Source: Escherichia phage Phi1. From it: 64,000 nt of DNA. Positions 11,208 through 20,990 of this stretch are shown in pieces. The stretch's first letter is position 1, and each line of letters begins with the position of its first letter. The notes beneath the pieces are model-generated. The model saw only the letters and a list, made by a program, of their open reading frames with translations, ran no database searches and was not told where the DNA came from. The stretch lies in the sequence record EF437941. One strand, written 5' to 3'. A program made the position numbers and the translations under genes.

Positions 11208-12046
11208 TGGCACGACTTTCTAAACAAGAACAAAAATTACATAACCGAGCAATGGAGTTGATTAATTCAGATCGTCCATTGACATATGAAGAAAAAGAAT
11301 TTTGCTATAATAACTATCATGGCGATGGGCTAGGTGGTTCCGGTGCATTCTTTACCCCAGAAGGGCTTGCATGGGATTTTACCATCGATGCACATTGCAC
11401 AGGAAAAGTATTAGATCTTTGTGCTGGGATCGGTCGCTTATCTTTTTGTATGTTACATCGTTGTAAGCCAGAAAAGATCGTATGCGTCGAACTCAATCCA
11501 GAATTTGCGCGGATTGGCAAGCGACTATTACCGGAGGCAGAATGGATCACCAGCGATGTATTCGAATTTGAGTCAAACGAAAAATTCGATGTGGTGATCA
11601 GCAATCCACCCTTCGGGAAAATCAATACAACCGACACAAAGGATGTATTTGAGTACACTGGCGGCGAATTTGAATTTAAGGTTATGACATTAGGCCAGAA
11701 GTTTGCCGATGTAGGTTATTTTATTGTTCCTTCTGGTTCCGCTGGTTTTGCCTATTCCGGCAGACCTTATTATGACGGGACCATGAAGTCTAATAAATAT
11801 CTAAAATGGAGCAAACAAACTGGTTTGGTGACTTATGCCGGATGTGGGATCGATACATCAATCTATCGCGATGAATGGCATAGTACCAACGTTTTAACAG
11901 AAGTGGTTGAGGTTCGGTATTACGAAAAAGAAGCCGTAGAAGCTCCTAAATCACGTCCTAACGAACAAATAGAAGAAAGTAAGGAGATTACCTTACCGAA
12001 ACAGGAAAGCGAGTCTGGGACGCTCTCAGATTTGTTTGACATTTAA
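11207..12046 (+). CDS. SAM-dependent methyltransferase, amino-MTase (NPPF) type, putative DNA N6-adenine methyltransferase
   Basis: Motif order FFTP (X) - VLDLCAGIG (I) - VISNPPFG (IV), typical of gamma-class amino-methyltransferases; 279 aa. Confidence 0.6.
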   Translation: MARLSKQEQKLHNRAMELINSDRPLTYEEKEFCYNNYHGDGLGGSGAFFTPEGLAWDFTIDAHCTGKVLDLCAGIGRLSFCMLHRCKPEKIVCVELNPEFARIGKRLLPEAEWITSDVFEFESNEKFDVVISNPPFGKINTTDTKDVFEYTGGEFEFKVMTLGQKFADVGYFIVPSGSAGFAYSGRPYYDGTMKSNKYLKWSKQTGLVTYAGCGIDTSIYRDEWHSTNVLTEVVEVRYYEKEAVEAPKSRPNEQIEESKEITLPKQESESGTLSDLFDI

Positions 12047-12051
12047 TTATA

Positions 12052-12077
12052 AGCCGTCCTTGTGGGCGGCTTTTTTG
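12052..12077 (+). terminator. rho-independent terminator after the methyltransferase
   Basis: Hairpin AGCCGTCC-loop-GGGCGGCT followed by TTTTTT. Confidence 0.6.
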
Positions 12078-12086
12078 TATGTATTT

Positions 12087-12094
12087 TATAAATA
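12087..12094 (+). promoter_or_regulatory. late promoter TATAAATA upstream of gene 9
   Basis: Exact TATAAATA 28 nt upstream of the gene 9 ATG. Confidence 0.6.
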
Positions 12095-12121
12095 ATACAT
12101 CATAACATGAGGAATTAAACA

Positions 12122-12976
12122 ATGGCACAAGTTCCAAAGAAAAGAATAGACACAGGTACTGTCGGCAATCCATCGACTGGCGATATCTTATATGATGGCG
12201 GTAATAAAATTAACGATAACTTTGATTCAATATATGACGCATTTGCTGATCAGCGGTTTAAAGACGTAGACCACGGCGTGGGAAGAATGGTTATTCATGC
12301 AACCGGATACTATCAGAAGCATCCACGTCAAAGCTACGCTGGTTCCGCTGTTGAGATTGGGAGTCTACACGATATCGATACAACTCAAGGCGCACTTATT
12401 GCTATTCTACCTAAAGCAAAGGTTGGCGAGGGTGTTGTATTCATAAATAGTAACGGTAGCCTTTCAACGACTACACCGCTCAATATTCGAACTCAAGCAG
12501 GTGATTCTATTAGCGGGTATTCCGGTGATGCTACAATAACACAACCATTTTCAAAAGTCACTGTTTGGTGTACTGCCGTTGAAGGTAGTCGCGTAACATG
12601 GCGATTGGGTATCGAAAGTATGTTTACCGATACAACAACGCCATTAGATAAAACAGTTAACGTAACTGGAGTAGCAACAAACGTTGCTATTGCCGCAAAA
12701 ACAGAATATGTTTCCATCAAATTATTAACTACCGCTAGCAATACATCCGGTTCAAAAATGCGTTCAAGTGAAACGCTACTGATGATTGATTCTAAAGCCG
12801 GAAAAGTTTATGCGACGGAATATGCAGTTTTGCAGAAGACAGAAGATGAACTATACACGGTTCGTTATTTCATCGGTTCCGGCGATAAAGTATATGCAGA
12901 GTATAAGGCTACTGGCGAAAATATTCGTTTAGCAGTTAAAGCCGTAGACACTATTAAAATCGGGGTTGCTACATGA
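12122..12976 (+). CDS. 9: baseplate wedge / long tail fibre connector gp9
   Basis: 284 aa; N-terminal KKRIDTGTVGNPSTGDILYDGGNKIN resembles T4 gp9; synteny. Confidence 0.85.
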   Translation: MAQVPKKRIDTGTVGNPSTGDILYDGGNKINDNFDSIYDAFADQRFKDVDHGVGRMVIHATGYYQKHPRQSYAGSAVEIGSLHDIDTTQGALIAILPKAKVGEGVVFINSNGSLSTTTPLNIRTQAGDSISGYSGDATITQPFSKVTVWCTAVEGSRVTWRLGIESMFTDTTTPLDKTVNVTGVATNVAIAAKTEYVSIKLLTTASNTSGSKMRSSETLLMIDSKAGKVYATEYAVLQKTEDELYTVRYFIGSGDKVYAEYKATGENIRLAVKAVDTIKIGVAT

Positions 12977-14775
12977 AACAATTAATTAATATCGGTAACG
13001 TTGTTGATGACGGTACAGGTGATTATCTAAGAAAAGGCGGTCAAAAGATTAATGACAACTTTTCTGAACTTTATACTAAGCTGGGGGATGGTGATATCCC
13101 TCATGCATCCGGCGCGTGGAAAACTCACACACAACCAGTATTAAAACCAAATTTTGGTGATGCATGGGCGATTAATACAACGAACAACGCTGTTTCTGTT
13201 GAATTACCTAAAGGAAGCGCGAGTGATTACAATAAAACAATTAAACTTCGTGATGTTTGGCGCTCATGGGCTGCACATAACGTAACATTGAAGCCAGCAC
13301 AAGGTGATACCATTAAGGGATCTCCAATCGACCGTGAGTTGTATAAAGATTTCATGGATGTTGAATTGGTTTATTGTGCGCCCGGACGTTGGGAATATGT
13401 CGAAAATAAACGAGTAGATACTATCACCACTTCCGATTTAAGCACAGTCGCTAAGGAAGTTTATATTGCAACCGAAGGACAAACAGACTTCCCTAATGTG
13501 TTTGGTTCCAATACTTACAATATTCGAAATGTTGAAGTGTATTATCGCGGTAACTTGCTTTATTATGGCAAGGATTTAACCGATGATTCTAACTATGGTT
13601 CAATCGGTGAAAACGGTGATATTGTTCCGCTGGACGGTAAAAGCATTAAATTACGCTTCCCTTGTTCGGCGGGTGATACCATTCAAATCATCACTTATAT
13701 GGACGGTATCGCATCCTTCCGGTCAAGCTATATTACTCATACAATCCGCGTTTATGAAACAGGAATGACCACTTTGGAATCCATCCCAGGTGAAGTTTGG
13801 GTTGGTGAACTAGCTAATAAGAAAGAATTTACTAATGCGGAATTAGGCGTAAGTAAGAGAGATCTTATTAATCCAAATTCATTTGAATTGCTGATCAACG
13901 GCACACAAATGATTAAAGCGGGTGATGCGGATTTACCTTCCTTTATTTGTGAAGGCGCTGACGGTGAAACAGAAGAAACTTGTGCACTTGCTGGCGGTCA
14001 ATGGGTGGAATCTGGGGAAGATTATTCATTGATGTTCGACGAAAACAGCGTGGTGACCGGTATTAAATTATCTAAAGCACTAGATAACCGAGACACTATC
14101 ACTATTCGCTGGTTTAATAATGATATCGGAACATTAATGGAATGGGACGGTGTAGGCGGTATTAAAGAAAAAGCAGATAAAATCTATCTTAATAACGAAG
14201 ATGAAGTTACGCTGACAAATCGAATTGAATATACCGATTTCCAGAATCCAAGCCAAGCAACTAAACGCCCAATGGAAGATTATACAGGTCGTGTGATGGA
14301 TATCTATTCCATATTCGATATTTTCTATCCTATAGGCACAATTTATGAAAATGCGCATAACCCAGCTAACCCAGCGACATATATGGGATTTGGTACATGG
14401 GTACGTTATGCAGAAAAAGAATTTTTAGTTGGTTGGTCTTCTGACGCAAGCGATCAAAACTTCGCACTAAACAACAACGATCTTGATACACATGGTCAAC
14501 CTACACACACCGCAGGGGGTAACGGTGGTGATGTTGCATACCAGATCAAGAAAAATATGATTCCTGAATTACAGAGCGACGATCGAGTTCTTGTAAAAGA
14601 TGATAACGGAAATATTATTATCGGTGGTTGTCAGGTAGACCCTGATGCAGTAGGTCCAGCGTTTACCAAATATCGCGAAGATAATATTAAAGTTAATCAG
14701 GGAAATACCGACCCGTCAATGATTGGTATTCTTCCCCCATACAGAACTGTCTATCGTTGGTTAAGGGTAGGTTAA
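12973..14775 (+). CDS. 10: baseplate wedge subunit and tail pin gp10
   Basis: 600 aa; N-terminus MKQLINIGNVVDDGTGDYLRKGG close to T4 gp10; synteny. Confidence 0.9.
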   Translation: MKQLINIGNVVDDGTGDYLRKGGQKINDNFSELYTKLGDGDIPHASGAWKTHTQPVLKPNFGDAWAINTTNNAVSVELPKGSASDYNKTIKLRDVWRSWAAHNVTLKPAQGDTIKGSPIDRELYKDFMDVELVYCAPGRWEYVENKRVDTITTSDLSTVAKEVYIATEGQTDFPNVFGSNTYNIRNVEVYYRGNLLYYGKDLTDDSNYGSIGENGDIVPLDGKSIKLRFPCSAGDTIQIITYMDGIASFRSSYITHTIRVYETGMTTLESIPGEVWVGELANKKEFTNAELGVSKRDLINPNSFELLINGTQMIKAGDADLPSFICEGADGETEETCALAGGQWVESGEDYSLMFDENSVVTGIKLSKALDNRDTITIRWFNNDIGTLMEWDGVGGIKEKADKIYLNNEDEVTLTNRIEYTDFQNPSQATKRPMEDYTGRVMDIYSIFDIFYPIGTIYENAHNPANPATYMGFGTWVRYAEKEFLVGWSSDASDQNFALNNNDLDTHGQPTHTAGGNGGDVAYQIKKNMIPELQSDDRVLVKDDNGNIIIGGCQVDPDAVGPAFTKYREDNIKVNQGNTDPSMIGILPPYRTVYRWLRVG

Positions 14776-14776
14776 T

Positions 14777-15421
14777 ATGATTTCGAAAACACGTTCAAAA
14801 GCTAGTGTATTTTCCAGCGATGCGGCGTTTATTTCATACGATCCAGGATCGAAAGATCCTGTTATCGGTGGTTCTCGTCCTATTGGTGGTGTTAATGTCG
14901 ATCAATCAAGAAAAGGTTCCTATGTAAGCAACGTTCAATCTGCAATTGATGACCTTTATTCATTGTCAATGATCCGAATTGGTGATGTGTTGGTTACAAC
15001 CAACTCAACTCCACCACAAGCCGCAGGACAGATTGAAACTCTGTCATTTTCTGGTTCTGTTAATAATCAGCATAATCCAGACGCAAACAAAGTATTAATT
15101 GATGTTTTGGGTTATCCATTTATTGTTGATGTTGGGTCTTCCGGCGTTTCTCTATGTGAGAAAGTAACGGAAAAATTTACCGAACTAATGAATAAAAACA
15201 TTATGTTCAAAGAAGTAAAAAGAAAAGGAAGTAGCAACGACCAATTAGAAATTCATTATATCGATTCTCTTGAACATCCACCAACCGATATTAGCAAGTA
15301 CGGAATTACAATCACAGGAAATGTTGATTCTCCTGCTCGTGTTGGTTATGGTTCATGGTCTCGAATGGGTACAGAAGAGAAATTTGGAACTACCCTATAT
15401 TATTTCAAACGTATTGCATAA
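14777..15421 (+). CDS. 11: baseplate wedge subunit gp11
   Basis: 214 aa (T4 gp11 about 219 aa); synteny. Confidence 0.8.
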   Translation: MISKTRSKASVFSSDAAFISYDPGSKDPVIGGSRPIGGVNVDQSRKGSYVSNVQSAIDDLYSLSMIRIGDVLVTTNSTPPQAAGQIETLSFSGSVNNQHNPDANKVLIDVLGYPFIVDVGSSGVSLCEKVTEKFTELMNKNIMFKEVKRKGSSNDQLEIHYIDSLEHPPTDISKYGITITGNVDSPARVGYGSWSRMGTEEKFGTTLYYFKRIA

Positions 15422-15432
15422 GGTGATGTATA

Positions 15433-16833
15433 ATGGCAAACAATACTATTAACCATGTAAAAGACGATGCTCAATACGTCAAGTTTAACCCTGTAAATGA
15501 TTGGCCTCAAAGCATTACCAACGTACAAGCGGCTTTAGCCGCTATTAATGGCTTTGCCGTAAATGGATTACCGGACGCTACGGAAGATACAGCCGGGATC
15601 GCTGCAATCGCAACTCAGGAAGAAGTAAACGACGGGACAGTAGACAATAAGATCGTGACTCCAAAAACACTGGCTGTTAAAATGTCACGTCCAGATGCTA
15701 CAAAAGAAGTAAAAGGCATTACCCGATTTGCCACGATGGAAGAATCGCTGCAAGAGAGCAACGAGAACATGGCAATCGGTCCAGACACACTAAACCATTA
15801 CTTCACCACTAAAAAGGCGTCAGAGAGCGTTCAGGGGACTATTAAGATATGTTCTCTTGAGGCGGCAAAGATTGGCAGTGATGACACAATGGCAGTAACA
15901 CCGAAAAAGATGCACACTGCCATTGCACAGATTGTACCGGGATTAATTCCAGATCAAAACACAGCAACCGAAAGCACACAGGGTTTAGTTCAGTTAGCAA
16001 CCAGTGCGCAAGTTTTACAAGGCCAGATTCGAGAAGGTTTTGCAATTAGTCCTTATGCATTTGCAAATGCTCGCGCCAATGAGAATCAGGCGGGTACTGT
16101 TAAGATCGCCAACCAGTCACAGATGAATGCTGGTTCAGATGATACTGTAGTTGTTTCTGCCAAGAAGTTTGCAAGCACTAAGGCAACAACGTCTCAATAC
16201 GGTATTGTTAAACTACGAGACACCGTAGGAAGTGAGGCTAACGCTGCACTATCAGCAAATGCTAAGGTTCTTCCTAGCACTGGCGGTACGGTAAGCGGAA
16301 ACGTCTATAAAGGTTCAAACTCAGACGGCAACCAGTTTGTTACTAAAAATGAATTAGCGAATCATGCAATGCCAATTGGTGGTATTATCCTTTCTGGATT
16401 CAATGCCGATCGAGGTGACTTTCTGATCTGTAATGGTCGTTCACTGAATAAAAATCAATATCCGCAATTATTTTCTGCGATTGGTTATACCTTTGGTGGT
16501 TCAGGTGACAATTTTAACATTCCTGATATGCGCGGTTTAGTTGCTCGTGGTTGCGATCATGGAAGAAACCTTGATCCAGGTCGTCGATTTGGTTCTTATC
16601 AAGAAGACGCAATGCAGAGAATCACTGGTAAATTCCCTGTAGCTGACCGCTGGCGCGGTTGGTATGGTGGCGCATTTACTGCACAGCGCGGTCAATGGAG
16701 CACGAACTATAAAAACGGTGGTGGTGATGATTGGGGTACTACTGTTAACTTTGACTCAGGAAGATCCGTAAGAACGGCTAACGAGACTCGCGTCAAGAGT
16801 CTGGCATTAAACTATATCATAAGGGTGCGCTAA
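15433..16833 (+). CDS. 12: short tail fibre protein gp12
   Basis: 466 aa; N-terminal region and C-terminal PDMRGLVARG / LNYIIRV resemble T4 gp12. Confidence 0.9.
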   Translation: MANNTINHVKDDAQYVKFNPVNDWPQSITNVQAALAAINGFAVNGLPDATEDTAGIAAIATQEEVNDGTVDNKIVTPKTLAVKMSRPDATKEVKGITRFATMEESLQESNENMAIGPDTLNHYFTTKKASESVQGTIKICSLEAAKIGSDDTMAVTPKKMHTAIAQIVPGLIPDQNTATESTQGLVQLATSAQVLQGQIREGFAISPYAFANARANENQAGTVKIANQSQMNAGSDDTVVVSAKKFASTKATTSQYGIVKLRDTVGSEANAALSANAKVLPSTGGTVSGNVYKGSNSDGNQFVTKNELANHAMPIGGIILSGFNADRGDFLICNGRSLNKNQYPQLFSAIGYTFGGSGDNFNIPDMRGLVARGCDHGRNLDPGRRFGSYQEDAMQRITGKFPVADRWRGWYGGAFTAQRGQWSTNYKNGGGDDWGTTVNFDSGRSVRTANETRVKSLALNYIIRVR

Positions 16834-18602
16834 TGATTGAACAATTAAACATCCACGAGATCCCACATGTTGACGGTGTACCAAGCGAAGGACAGCACCG
16901 TATTATTTGGATCAAGAATGGCGAATGTTTAAGCGCAGCAACGACACAGACTGGCAATGACGGGACGCTTAACCGCGCCCCGGTTGCAATTCAAGAAAAC
17001 GTTGCACGCGTAAACGAAAACGCAAAATCAACCGTCGCTAAAGTTAACGAGGTTGTAACGGCGGTTAACGATATTAAAACAACTTTAGGGGTAATTTCTG
17101 ACGGAAGTATCATTGATGTGGTTAACCAGACTGTCGCAAAAGTTGAATCCGTCGAAGAGAACTTAGGAGAAACAGCAAGAACTCTGCAAACAACGGTAGA
17201 CGCTGTATCAGAACTTAACATCAAGATTGGTGATCGCCCCGCTGCCGATCCGAGCACAAGAACAATCTATGATGACATTTCTTTCATCAAACAAGAAATG
17301 GGTTCTTATCCTAACTTTAATATCAATGGTTCCCCTGATGCTGGCAGTTCCGGTTCTGGCATCAAATACCGAGTTATTCAGAATACCGCAGCATTAAATG
17401 ACCACGGTCGCCGAATCGTTCAGCTTGAAAACGACTGGCAAGATTCTGACGTAGGCGAGTTAACAAGACAAGTTAACAAAATGCGCAGTGAGATCGGCGA
17501 CACGTCTCTTGCAACACAAGAAAATGTGTATGTTCGTCTCCGCACCAACGCAAGAAACATTGCTAACATATCAAACGAAGTTCTAGAAGTCAAGAAAGCA
17601 ATTTTGTTTGATTCAATCCCTGATATCGGGACTAAAGTCACTACTCTGGGAACTAATTATGAACTTCTAAACAATGATGTTAATGGTGTAGATTCTGGTA
17701 TTCGTCCTCGTCTTCTGGCTGTCGAGAATAAGATCGGAACGCCTCAATCGGCTGGAAGCATTGATTATCGATTAACCAACACAGAGCGAGAATTTTTAGA
17801 TCTTAAACAGGTTGTTGGTGTAAGCGGTGCTGACGGTTTGCGCGGTGAAGTTGTTCGACTTTCCAATGAGATTGGCACTGACAGCGATCGACATACTCTA
17901 GCCGGACGTCTTAAAGTTGTAGAAAACACTCAGGGTCGGTTAGAAGCAAGCGTACAGGACATGGAACAGATTGTAGGTGATCGCGAATCAGGTTTGACCG
18001 CTGGCGTTATTAAACTATCAAGTGATATCTATGGCGATGATGGTTCAGAAGATCCATTTACTCAGAAAGGCGTGATTAAAATCGTCAAAGAGCTACAAAC
18101 ATCTAACGGAAACAAAGTAGATGATGTACCTGATGACGGTTTCCATTATCTGCGTAAGCGCGGAGAATGGGTGCAAGTTGCATATGCTGCTGGAGCATTT
18201 AAAAATACCGCAGATATTACGGTTGAACTCGACGAACAGGATGTTTATAAACCGATTCCGCTTAACGACATGGCGGCAGAAGTTAATGCTCGTCAAATGG
18301 TGAAAAGTGAATCTGTTGTTACCGTTCAGGACAAAGGTTTATTCCGTTGTGTATTCCGTTGTGCTGTACAAGCTCAACATAATGCAACATTCATTGTTGC
18401 GATTTTCAAAAATGGACAGATGGTATATGAAGCGAAAAATGGTCATTACGGCACAGACGAATTGATCAGCTATTCTACCAGTGCTTTCCTAAATATTGAA
18501 AAGGGCGATCAAATTAACATCCGTATTAAGGGTGTATCTGTCGAAGCAGTAGCACAACCAGTACAAATTAAAGAGTTCCTCTTTGGGATTTCTCCGGTAT
18601 AA
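16833..18602 (+). CDS. wac: fibritin (whisker antigen control) with extra C-terminal C1q/TNF-like domain
   Basis: 589 aa; N-terminus VDGVPSEGQHRIIWIKNGE like T4 Wac; foldon-like GFHYLRKRGEWVQV followed by about 130 extra residues. Confidence 0.85.
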   Translation: MIEQLNIHEIPHVDGVPSEGQHRIIWIKNGECLSAATTQTGNDGTLNRAPVAIQENVARVNENAKSTVAKVNEVVTAVNDIKTTLGVISDGSIIDVVNQTVAKVESVEENLGETARTLQTTVDAVSELNIKIGDRPAADPSTRTIYDDISFIKQEMGSYPNFNINGSPDAGSSGSGIKYRVIQNTAALNDHGRRIVQLENDWQDSDVGELTRQVNKMRSEIGDTSLATQENVYVRLRTNARNIANISNEVLEVKKAILFDSIPDIGTKVTTLGTNYELLNNDVNGVDSGIRPRLLAVENKIGTPQSAGSIDYRLTNTEREFLDLKQVVGVSGADGLRGEVVRLSNEIGTDSDRHTLAGRLKVVENTQGRLEASVQDMEQIVGDRESGLTAGVIKLSSDIYGDDGSEDPFTQKGVIKIVKELQTSNGNKVDDVPDDGFHYLRKRGEWVQVAYAAGAFKNTADITVELDEQDVYKPIPLNDMAAEVNARQMVKSESVVTVQDKGLFRCVFRCAVQAQHNATFIVAIFKNGQMVYEAKNGHYGTDELISYSTSAFLNIEKGDQINIRIKGVSVEAVAQPVQIKEFLFGISPV

Positions 18603-18608
18603 GAAATT

Positions 18609-18632
18609 AAAGGGGCGTTAAGCCCCTTTTTC
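18609..18632 (+). terminator. rho-independent terminator after wac
   Basis: Hairpin AGGGGC-GTTAA-GCCCCT followed by TTTTT. Confidence 0.65.
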
Positions 18633-18647
18633 GTTATAGGTGATATT

Positions 18648-19580
18648 ATGTCAGGATATGTAACCAACAACCCAAGAGAATTAAAAGACGCTATTCTGCG
18701 TCGTTTAGGCGCACCAGTAATTAACGTAGAAGTAACAGAAGACCAGATTTACGATTGTATTCAGAGAGCATTAGAACTCTATGGGGAATATCATTTCGAT
18801 GGTGTGAATAAAGGATATAAAGTATTTCGTGTTAGTGCAGAGCAAGCGCAACATGGGGTATTTGATTTGAGCGATTCTGGAGTATTCGCAGTAACTAAAA
18901 TAATTCGAACAAACGTAGGTAGCGCGGCTACGATGGATGGCACTGCCGTTTATCCGTGGTTTACTGACTTTCTGTTGGGTTTAGCGGGTGTAAATGGAGG
19001 TTTAGGATCTGGCTGTAGTAAATTTTATGGTCCAAATGCAATGGGCGGTGATCTAGGATATTTCGAACAGCTTATGAGCTATCGAGCCACTATGCAAAAT
19101 ATGCTTAATCCTCTTCCCGATTACTGGTATAACAGCGCAAACGGACAACTTAAGATTACAGGAAACTTCCGAGAAGGTGATCTCATTGTTGTTGAATTAT
19201 ATGTTAAAAGCTATGTAGACGTTCCTGATATGATCGGCGCGGTTGCTGGTTATGCTCATGCTGGAGGATGTTCTACCGCTGGCGGGATTAGCGCCGTTTA
19301 TGATAATCCAACTGCTGGTTTAAGCGGGATTGTTGCTGGCATGGGACCAATCAGTGAGAACAAACAGGGCGCATATAATAACCGTTGGGTGAAAGATATG
19401 GCTACCGCCTTCACTAAGGAGGTTTGGGGGTCCATCATGGCTAAACATCAAGGTCTGCAATTACCCGGTGGTGTCACTGTTGATGGTATCCGAATCATTG
19501 AAGAAGCACGCGCCGACATTGAGAAATTGCGACAAGAACTAGAATTATTAGATCCTCCGTTCGGCATCCTCATGATTTGA
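18648..19580 (+). CDS. 13: neck protein gp13
   Basis: 310 aa (T4 gp13 about 309 aa); synteny. Confidence 0.8.
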   Translation: MSGYVTNNPRELKDAILRRLGAPVINVEVTEDQIYDCIQRALELYGEYHFDGVNKGYKVFRVSAEQAQHGVFDLSDSGVFAVTKIIRTNVGSAATMDGTAVYPWFTDFLLGLAGVNGGLGSGCSKFYGPNAMGGDLGYFEQLMSYRATMQNMLNPLPDYWYNSANGQLKITGNFREGDLIVVELYVKSYVDVPDMIGAVAGYAHAGGCSTAGGISAVYDNPTAGLSGIVAGMGPISENKQGAYNNRWVKDMATAFTKEVWGSIMAKHQGLQLPGGVTVDGIRIIEEARADIEKLRQELELLDPPFGILMI

Positions 19581-19589
19581 TTAAATGTG

Positions 19590-19632
19590 TTGACTAATAT
19601 GTTCTCGTTAGTGTATGATCTGACGAGAACAT
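19590..19632 (+). promoter_or_regulatory. sigma70-like promoter inside a 10-bp inverted repeat, upstream of the GIY-YIG gene
   Basis: TTGACT, 18 bp, TATGAT; inverted repeat ATGTTCTCGT ... ACGAGAACAT brackets the -10 region. Confidence 0.5.
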
Positions 19633-19646
19633 AAAAGGAGAATCAT

Positions 19647-20231
19647 ATGGCATATTATTATCTATATCAAATAACAAATAATTTAAATGGGATGGTCTAT
19701 GTTGGTATGAGAACGTCCAAAAAACCAATAGAAAAGGATTCTTATTGGGGGAGCGGAAAACGAATTAAAAGAGCAATAAAAAAGTATGGAATAGAGAACT
19801 TCACAAAAACTATTCTTTCCACACACAACACGTTAGAAGAACTAGCTTTAGCAGAAAAAAAGATAGTGACTAAGGAATTTGTAGAAAGAGAAGATACATA
19901 TAATATTGCTCTGGGTGGAGTGAATAGAGGTTCTTTGTGGGATGACATGGACGAAGAAACCAAAAATGAAGCAAGAAGAAAAATATCTGAAAAAGCATCC
20001 AGTCGAAAAAGAGAATCTCACTCAGAAGAGACTAAAAATAAAATGAGTCAATCGGCAAAAAATAGAAATAGAGATTGGGAAAATTTTAAAGGCGCAAGAA
20101 AAATTATGGCAGAAGGTGTTCTATACTTAACCACTCAAGAATGTTGTAGAAAGTATGGGATATCAGCCGCTTCTATGAGGAAACGAGTAAAGTCAACCGC
20201 AGAAAAATGGAAGGAGTTTTATTATGTTTGA
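19647..20231 (+). CDS. GIY-YIG homing endonuclease (Seg-like)
   Basis: N-terminal [19 protein letters not shown] (GIY-YIG motif), conserved R and YGIENF block, NUMOD-like [10 protein letters not shown]; inserted between genes 13 and 14. Confidence 0.8.
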   Translation: MAYYYLYQITNNLNGMVYVGMRTSKKPIEKDSYWGSGKRIKRAIKKYGIENFTKTILSTHNTLEELALAEKKIVTKEFVEREDTYNIALGGVNRGSLWDDMDEETKNEARRKISEKASSRKRESHSEETKNKMSQSAKNRNRDWENFKGARKIMAEGVLYLTTQECCRKYGISAASMRKRVKSTAEKWKEFYYV

Positions 20232-20964
20232 CTCTACATTATTTGCCAGATTGGAGTCACAGAAGGATTATGAGAACACTAGACAAACAGAAATTCTCAA
20301 TCCTTATGTGAATTTCAATTCACATACAAATACACAAACTCTAGCCGATATTATGGTTGCCGAGTCTATACAAATGCGCGGCGTCGAGATGTACTACATA
20401 CCGAGAGAATTTGTTAAACCTGATATGATATTTGGGGAGGATGTACAAAGCAAATTCACTAAGGCGTGGAAGTTTGCAGCGTACATAAATTCTTTCGATG
20501 GGTATGAGGGCGCTGGCAATTTCTTTCAATCTTTCGGTTATACCGCTAATGATGAATTAACCATAACCATAAATCCAAATTTATTCAAACATCAAGTAGA
20601 CAACAAAGAGCCTAAATCCGGCGATTTGTTTTACATTCCTATGAGCAACGATTTATTCGAAATCTCATACGTCGAGCCATATCAGCCGTTTTTTCAGGCT
20701 GGCAAAAATGCCATGCGTAAAATTATTGCAGAGAAATTCGTGTATAGCGGTGAGGAATTGCGACCAGAATTACAACGCAATGAGGGAATTAATGTTGATG
20801 AGTTTGCGGATCTGGACCTTGCACCAATCACTAATCTGGACGGGTTAACAGATATCAACTTAGATCAGTACAAAGAAGATAAGCAATTCAGAAGCGAAGG
20901 ACAAGATTTTATTGATCCGTTTGATCCTATTAATGGCAAGGGTTCACCTTTCGCCGATTTTTGA
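20224..20964 (+). CDS. 14: neck protein gp14
   Basis: 246 aa; synteny; start overlaps the end of the endonuclease gene. Confidence 0.8.
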   Translation: MFDSTLFARLESQKDYENTRQTEILNPYVNFNSHTNTQTLADIMVAESIQMRGVEMYYIPREFVKPDMIFGEDVQSKFTKAWKFAAYINSFDGYEGAGNFFQSFGYTANDELTITINPNLFKHQVDNKEPKSGDLFYIPMSNDLFEISYVEPYQPFFQAGKNAMRKIIAEKFVYSGEELRPELQRNEGINVDEFADLDLAPITNLDGLTDINLDQYKEDKQFRSEGQDFIDPFDPINGKGSPFADF

Positions 20965-20990
20965 TAAATACTCATAAACAAGGGGGTCAA

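Noticed and set aside
20961-20990. ORF-track N-terminal extensions using TTG/GTG starts (gp15 at 20961, gp24 at 32887, uvsW at 38673, gp25 at 41585, ligase at 61635, and several early ORFs)
   Set aside because: A downstream ATG with a properly spaced ribosome-binding site, and an N-terminus matching the T4 protein, was preferred in each case.
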